DNA of 9,216 nucleotides from Patescibacteria group bacterium (GTDB lineage Bacteria; Patescibacteriota; Minisyncoccia; UBA6257; HR35): NCBI GenBank assembly GCA_023480925.1, contig JAMCWY010000011.1, positions 1 to 9,216 of the forward strand, read 5' to 3'. Shown piece by piece: positions 6,647 to 9,216 of this stretch (position 1 is its first letter; each line of letters starts with the position of its first letter). The notes under the pieces were generated by a model. It saw only the letters and a program-made list of their open reading frames with translations, ran no database searches and was not told where the DNA came from. The position numbers and the translations under genes were made by a program.

Positions 6647-6709
6647 AGTTCGAGATGTCCAATTCTCCTTTTTGAGGCTAAAGAGTTAAACTTCTTTGGC
6701 CTCATTTTT
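6647..6709 (+). ncRNA. Candidate small RNA of about 60 nt (promoter-to-terminator unit)
   Basis: The unit is bounded by the promoter at 6613-6640 (TSS predicted near 6647) and the intrinsic terminator at 6674-6709. The unpaired 5' part, aguucgagauguccaauucuccuuuuu, contains a CUCCUUU stretch. The call is structural only, with no homology recognised. The hairpin could equally be the recA terminator. Confidence 0.2.
6674..6709 (+). terminator. Rho-independent terminator
   Basis: GAGGCTAAAGAG (6674-6685) pairs with CTTCTTTGGCCTC (6692-6703) in a 12-bp stem with two G-U pairs and a 6-nt loop. A-TTTTT follows at 6704-6709. The T-tract is present on the + strand only. Confidence 0.7.
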
Positions 6710-6991
6710 GTCCAATTATATTATCTCGCTATTTTATTTTTTCGTGTCAATTGTAAGCTTGTCCCAAACTTTTTCGAATATTTTAAAGCCGGCGATAATA
6801 AAGATGACGATTAAAAAAATTAGTCGGCCGATTAGATCAAGAATTTTTAATAAAACACTCATTGGGTTTACGGTTGAATTTTAATTTGGCAGGGTTGATC
6901 AATGCCGGCGCCGGCGAAAAAGCCCAAACCAAAACTTAACAAGACCAAAAGAAAAACAAAAAGACCAAGTTTGACTGATTTCTCGTTCGCC

Positions 6992-7020
6992 TTGACCGAC
7001 TTAAAAAATTTTGTTATCAT
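6992..7020 (+). promoter_or_regulatory. Putative promoter of rpmA
   Basis: TTGACC (6992-6997), a 17-nt spacer, then TATCAT (7015-7020). TG at 7012-7013 gives an extended -10. The site lies about 57 nt upstream of the rpmA ATG. Confidence 0.45.
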
Positions 7021-7076
7021 ATTCATTGGCGTCCGATTAAACATTAAATATTATAATCAAAAGTTAAAAAATAAAA

Positions 7077-7364
7077 ATGGCTCATAAAAAAGGCGGCGGC
7101 TCAGCCAGAAAAAACAGCGACTCAAAAGGCCGGCGGTTGGGTTTGAAACGATTTGGCGGTCAGGCGGTTCGCTCGGGTGAAATTATTTTGAAACAACGAG
7201 GAACAAGATTTTTGGCCGGCCAGAATGTCGGTATTGGCGCCGATGACACCTTGTATGCGTTAAAGGCCGGCCAGGTTAAGTTCAAGACCAAAAGAAAAAA
7301 AAATTTCGACCAGTCTCAGCGTTGGGCCAAAGTTGTTGAGATTATTCCCGCTTCAAAAAATTAG
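7077..7364 (+). CDS. rpmA: 50S ribosomal protein L27
   Basis: [57 protein letters not shown] is the canonical L27 N-terminus and core. A short basic C-terminal extension follows. Confidence 0.95.
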   Translation: MAHKKGGGSARKNSDSKGRRLGLKRFGGQAVRSGEIILKQRGTRFLAGQNVGIGADDTLYALKAGQVKFKTKRKKNFDQSQRWAKVVEIIPASKN

Positions 7365-7512
7365 AATCATAAATAAATATCACGTTCCTGGACGAGTAAG
7401 CTTTGTCTTTATTTAAATTTTTCGCTTGCGATTTTTATTTTAAGTTAACGATCTTAAAATTTGGAACAGCAAGATTTTCAATTTTAGATTTTTAATTTTC
7501 TATTTCAAATTT

Positions 7513-8988
7513 TTACTTGGCGCAACGAAAGCCTCCAATCATCTGAGACAAACTCGGATACCAAGAAAGGTTTAGGGCGAACACACCATCACCAGCAGGG
7601 CTATAGTTGAAGGCGCCGCCACGGACAAAGAGCTGATCACCGGCGCCGCCGGAGCCGATTGTATGAATTACCCCAACGCCATTATTGGAATTCCAGCTTG
7701 AATTTGGAGGAGCGACATTGGCTTGCGGCACGTCTGTTGTCCAGGCAGTAACATAAGGGGTGGAGGTGTTATTTGGATTTGGAGCGAATTCGCAAGACTC
7801 CCAGCCGGTCCCGGTATTGCAGCTCGGTACGTTCATTGTTGTCTCATTATCACCCGAGTTGTTAACGCTTCGTTGGACATGCTCCTCAACATTGCCGGAA
7901 AAATCCCAGATAACCTGGCCGTTGGATAGAAATAATGTTCGTCTCTGGTTTGCGTTATTGTTTGTGCCATAATAGCCTTGAGAGTCGTCCGGAGAAGCTT
8001 GAAGGATTGTGTTGGCGGTGTTGTTGCCAATATAGAGAGAACCAGAGCCAACTGTTCCGCCAGTCCAATTTGAGGCGACACTGGCAACATTGTCAGCGAT
8101 CGTCATCCACTCATCATTGGTGATAAGATGAGCGCCGATCGTAAGGCAGTAAGATTTGGCCGTGTCATGGGTAATGTAATTGATTGGAGCGCCATTGGGC
8201 GTTGAGGCAATATAATAATTTGGATTGACGCAAGGCTGAGCTGAATTATTGTAACCACCCCAAGAACTAGGCAAAGTTAAGGGCTGGTTATTTGACGCTT
8301 GAACGCACTTGGCTTCATACTTCATCACCTGAAAATTATTGGTTCCAAAAGCGGAATTGCCCGGCACATTAATCCAGGCTCCAAGCGATAAGTACGGGTA
8401 AAAAGTAAGATTTGTTCCGATCTCATAGGCGTTAGCCATTTTGCCGCCATCGGATATAGCGGCGCTGTTTGACGCCTCCATAAAAGCGACAAGCTCCCAT
8501 TGCGGATCGTTAGCGGTCATAAAAACGTAATAATAAGGCGGTTTGTTGATTGGGTCAACAGGCAAGTTGCTTAATGCGACCATCGTGTCGCTGGCAAAAC
8601 TAACTGGAATCCAACCAGTACCGTCAACATTGGTGTAGGTTGACTGAGGCGCGCAGTGATAAGAAAAACCGCCCGAACCGTAAAGGGGCGGCAACTGGCT
8701 GATCCAACTCGAGCAGGTTGGCGATGAATCAGGTAGGGAGATGTACGCAGTCGCGAAACTGCCCATTGCCGTCGCCGGGTTGTCGCCGGCGAAAACATTA
8801 AGAGCTTCGTTGATATTTTTTAAATCTTGAACTCTACGCACGTCTCTGGACTTGGCGAAAATCAGAGCCGGTTTCATGTAAAGTATAATGATAACGGCCA
8901 AGATCGCCAAGATCGCGAAAACAATAAGAATTTCGACCAAGGTGAAACTTTTATTTCTAAACTTAAAAGAGTTTTTTCGGCGATTCAA
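7513..8988 (-). CDS. Type IV pilin-like (class III signal peptide) protein fused to an FGE/SUMF1-like C-terminal domain
   Basis: 491-codon ORF opening with TTG at 8988, since no in-frame ATG precedes the pilin motif. The basic leader NRRKNSFKFRNKS is followed by FTLVEILIVFAILAILAVIIILY, with Glu at +5. The pilin-like globular part contains RDVRRVQDLKNINEALNVFAGDN...GWIPV...LPVDPIN...YYY. The C-terminal domain is described in a sub-feature below. Confidence 0.85.
   Translation of the reverse strand: MNRRKNSFKFRNKSFTLVEILIVFAILAILAVIIILYMKPALIFAKSRDVRRVQDLKNINEALNVFAGDNPATAMGSFATAYISLPDSSPTCSSWISQLPPLYGSGGFSYHCAPQSTYTNVDGTGWIPVSFASDTMVALSNLPVDPINKPPYYYVFMTANDPQWELVAFMEASNSAAISDGGKMANAYEIGTNLTFYPYLSLGAWINVPGNSAFGTNNFQVMKYEAKCVQASNNQPLTLPSSWGGYNNSAQPCVNPNYYIASTPNGAPINYITHDTAKSYCLTIGAHLITNDEWMTIADNVASVASNWTGGTVGSGSLYIGNNTANTILQASPDDSQGYYGTNNNANQRRTLFLSNGQVIWDFSGNVEEHVQRSVNNSGDNETTMNVPSCNTGTGWESCEFAPNPNNTSTPYVTAWTTDVPQANVAPPNSSWNSNNGVGVIHTIGSGGAGDQLFVRGGAFNYSPAGDGVFALNLSWYPSLSQMIGGFRCAK
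7516..8340 (-). other. FGE-sulfatase/SUMF1-like (DUF323, C-type lectin fold) domain
   Basis: Family landmarks appear in order. They are FQVMKYEAK; INYITHDTAKSYCLTIGAHLITNDEWMTIA (the W/A..YC...G.RLPT..EW pattern); GQVIWDFSGNVEEHV (G.YDM.GNV.EW); and the terminal LFVRGGAFN...IGGFRCAK (RGG.....GFRCA). Confidence 0.7.
8878..8988 (-). other. Prepilin-type leader plus N-terminal hydrophobic helix
   Basis: The sequence is KS|FTLVEIL followed by a 20-residue hydrophobic helix. The -1 residue is Ser rather than the usual Gly. Confidence 0.75.
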
Positions 8989-8992
8989 ACTA

Positions 8993-9015
8993 CTCTCTCT
9001 CTCTCTCTCTCTCTC
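8993..9015. repeat. Perfect dinucleotide microsatellite (CT)11C, equal to G(AG)11 on the pilin coding strand
   Basis: Read directly from the sequence. It is 23 nt and uninterrupted, starts 5 nt upstream of the TTG start at 8988, and lies downstream of the promoter at 9074-9102. Confidence 0.97.
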
Positions 9016-9073
9016 GAATTGACATATTTAATACCCATCTTAATTTGAGTTGTTGAAGTTTGTGAATTGTTTG

Positions 9074-9102
9074 ATTATAAGTTGGTTTTAATTTAAAGTC
9101 AA
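9074..9102 (-). promoter_or_regulatory. Consensus sigma70-type promoter for the pilin-like gene
   Basis: On the minus strand, TTGACT (9102-9097), an exactly 17-nt spacer, then TATAAT (9079-9074). The TSS is predicted near 9067. Confidence 0.55.
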
Positions 9103-9112
9103 GTTAAACGTG

Positions 9113-9150
9113 GAAAACCTCAAACACCGCGACTAGACCCGTTTCGCGGT
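9113..9150 (-). terminator. Possible terminator or insulating hairpin upstream of the pilin promoter
   Basis: ACCGCGA (9126-9132) pairs with TCGCGGT (9144-9150) in a 7-bp GC-rich stem with an 11-nt loop. On the minus strand it is followed by GTTTGAGGTTTTCC, an interrupted T-tract. It could terminate a minus-strand gene lying beyond the window end. Confidence 0.3.
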
Positions 9151-9216
9151 TTATTAAAAACGCTAGTAGATTTCCGGGTTATCTCATTCCTTGCCTTAAT
9201 TTTAATTTTGTGTTAA

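Noticed and set aside
6696-7087. + strand track ORFs 6696-6884 (62 aa) and 6902-7087 (61 aa).
   Set aside because: The first starts at a TTG buried in the 3' arm of the terminator hairpin. The second is a Lys/Pro-rich low-complexity product that runs through the rpmA promoter and overlaps the rpmA start. The minus-strand small ORFs over the same DNA look more protein-like but remain unproven.
7365-7512. I searched the convergent intergenic region between rpmA and the pilin-like gene for bidirectional terminators. The candidates were the mini-hairpin CGCttGCG near 7425-7432 and ATCTT/AAGAT near 7452-7476.
   Set aside because: The stems are only 3-5 bp or the loops are oversized, so none is convincing by eye. 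Termination signals here remain unresolved.
7723-8798. ORFs inside the pilin-like gene from the track: 7723-7929(+), 7760-7972(+), 7833-8090(-), 7935-8123(+) and 8571-8798(-).
   Set aside because: These are shadow frames of the 491-aa ORF, which carries ordered pilin and FGE-family landmarks along its whole length.
8827-9048. A 73-aa + strand ORF reads through the CT repeat (..TTLSLSLSLE..).
   Set aside because: It is antisense to the pilin leader and 5' region. It exists only because the repeat is open in this frame, and it has no upstream promoter-like signal.
1-9216. I looked for tRNA/rRNA genes, CRISPR repeats, IS/transposase or integrase genes, toxin-antitoxin or known defence-system signatures, and UGA recoding.
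   Set aside because: I saw no cloverleaf-compatible segment. The GTTCGAG at 6649-6655 lacks complementary T-stem arms. There are no spaced direct repeats and no recombinase-like ORF. TGA functions as a stop codon for three well-defined genes.

Overview
The window reads as a chromosomal segment from a moderately AT-rich, probably small-genome bacterium. My inference is a Candidate Phyla Radiation/Patescibacteria-like lineage. The standard genetic code applies, because TGA terminates three genes at sensible positions. I support seven CDSs. They are ssb (85-513,+), a three-gene overlapping operon of envelope or secreted proteins (671-859, 856-1425, 1410-5468,+), recA (5536-6549,+), rpmA (7077-7364,+), and a pilin-like gene on the minus strand (7513-8988). 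The third operon gene encodes a 1352-aa protein. It has a signal peptide, a zinc phospholipase C/P1-nuclease-like domain, a Q/N-rich stalk, two lamin-tail domains (LTD), and unassigned modules. The minus-strand gene encodes a 491-aa type IV pilin-like protein fused to an FGE/SUMF1-like (C-type-lectin-fold) domain. I saw no rRNA, tRNA, CRISPR array, transposase or integrase. Four items deserve a second look. (1) An uninterrupted (CT)11 microsatellite lies between a consensus promoter and the pilin-like start codon, and each repeat-length class gives a different translational outcome, suggesting a phase-variation switch. (2) The pilin-FGE fusion itself. (3) The PLC-like/LTD giant surface protein and its coupled operon. 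(4) A 527-bp gene-poor gap after recA holds an orphan promoter-terminator pair (candidate sRNA of about 60 nt) and two unlisted small hydrophobic ORFs. All domain calls come from motif recognition by eye. No database search or folding calculation was possible.
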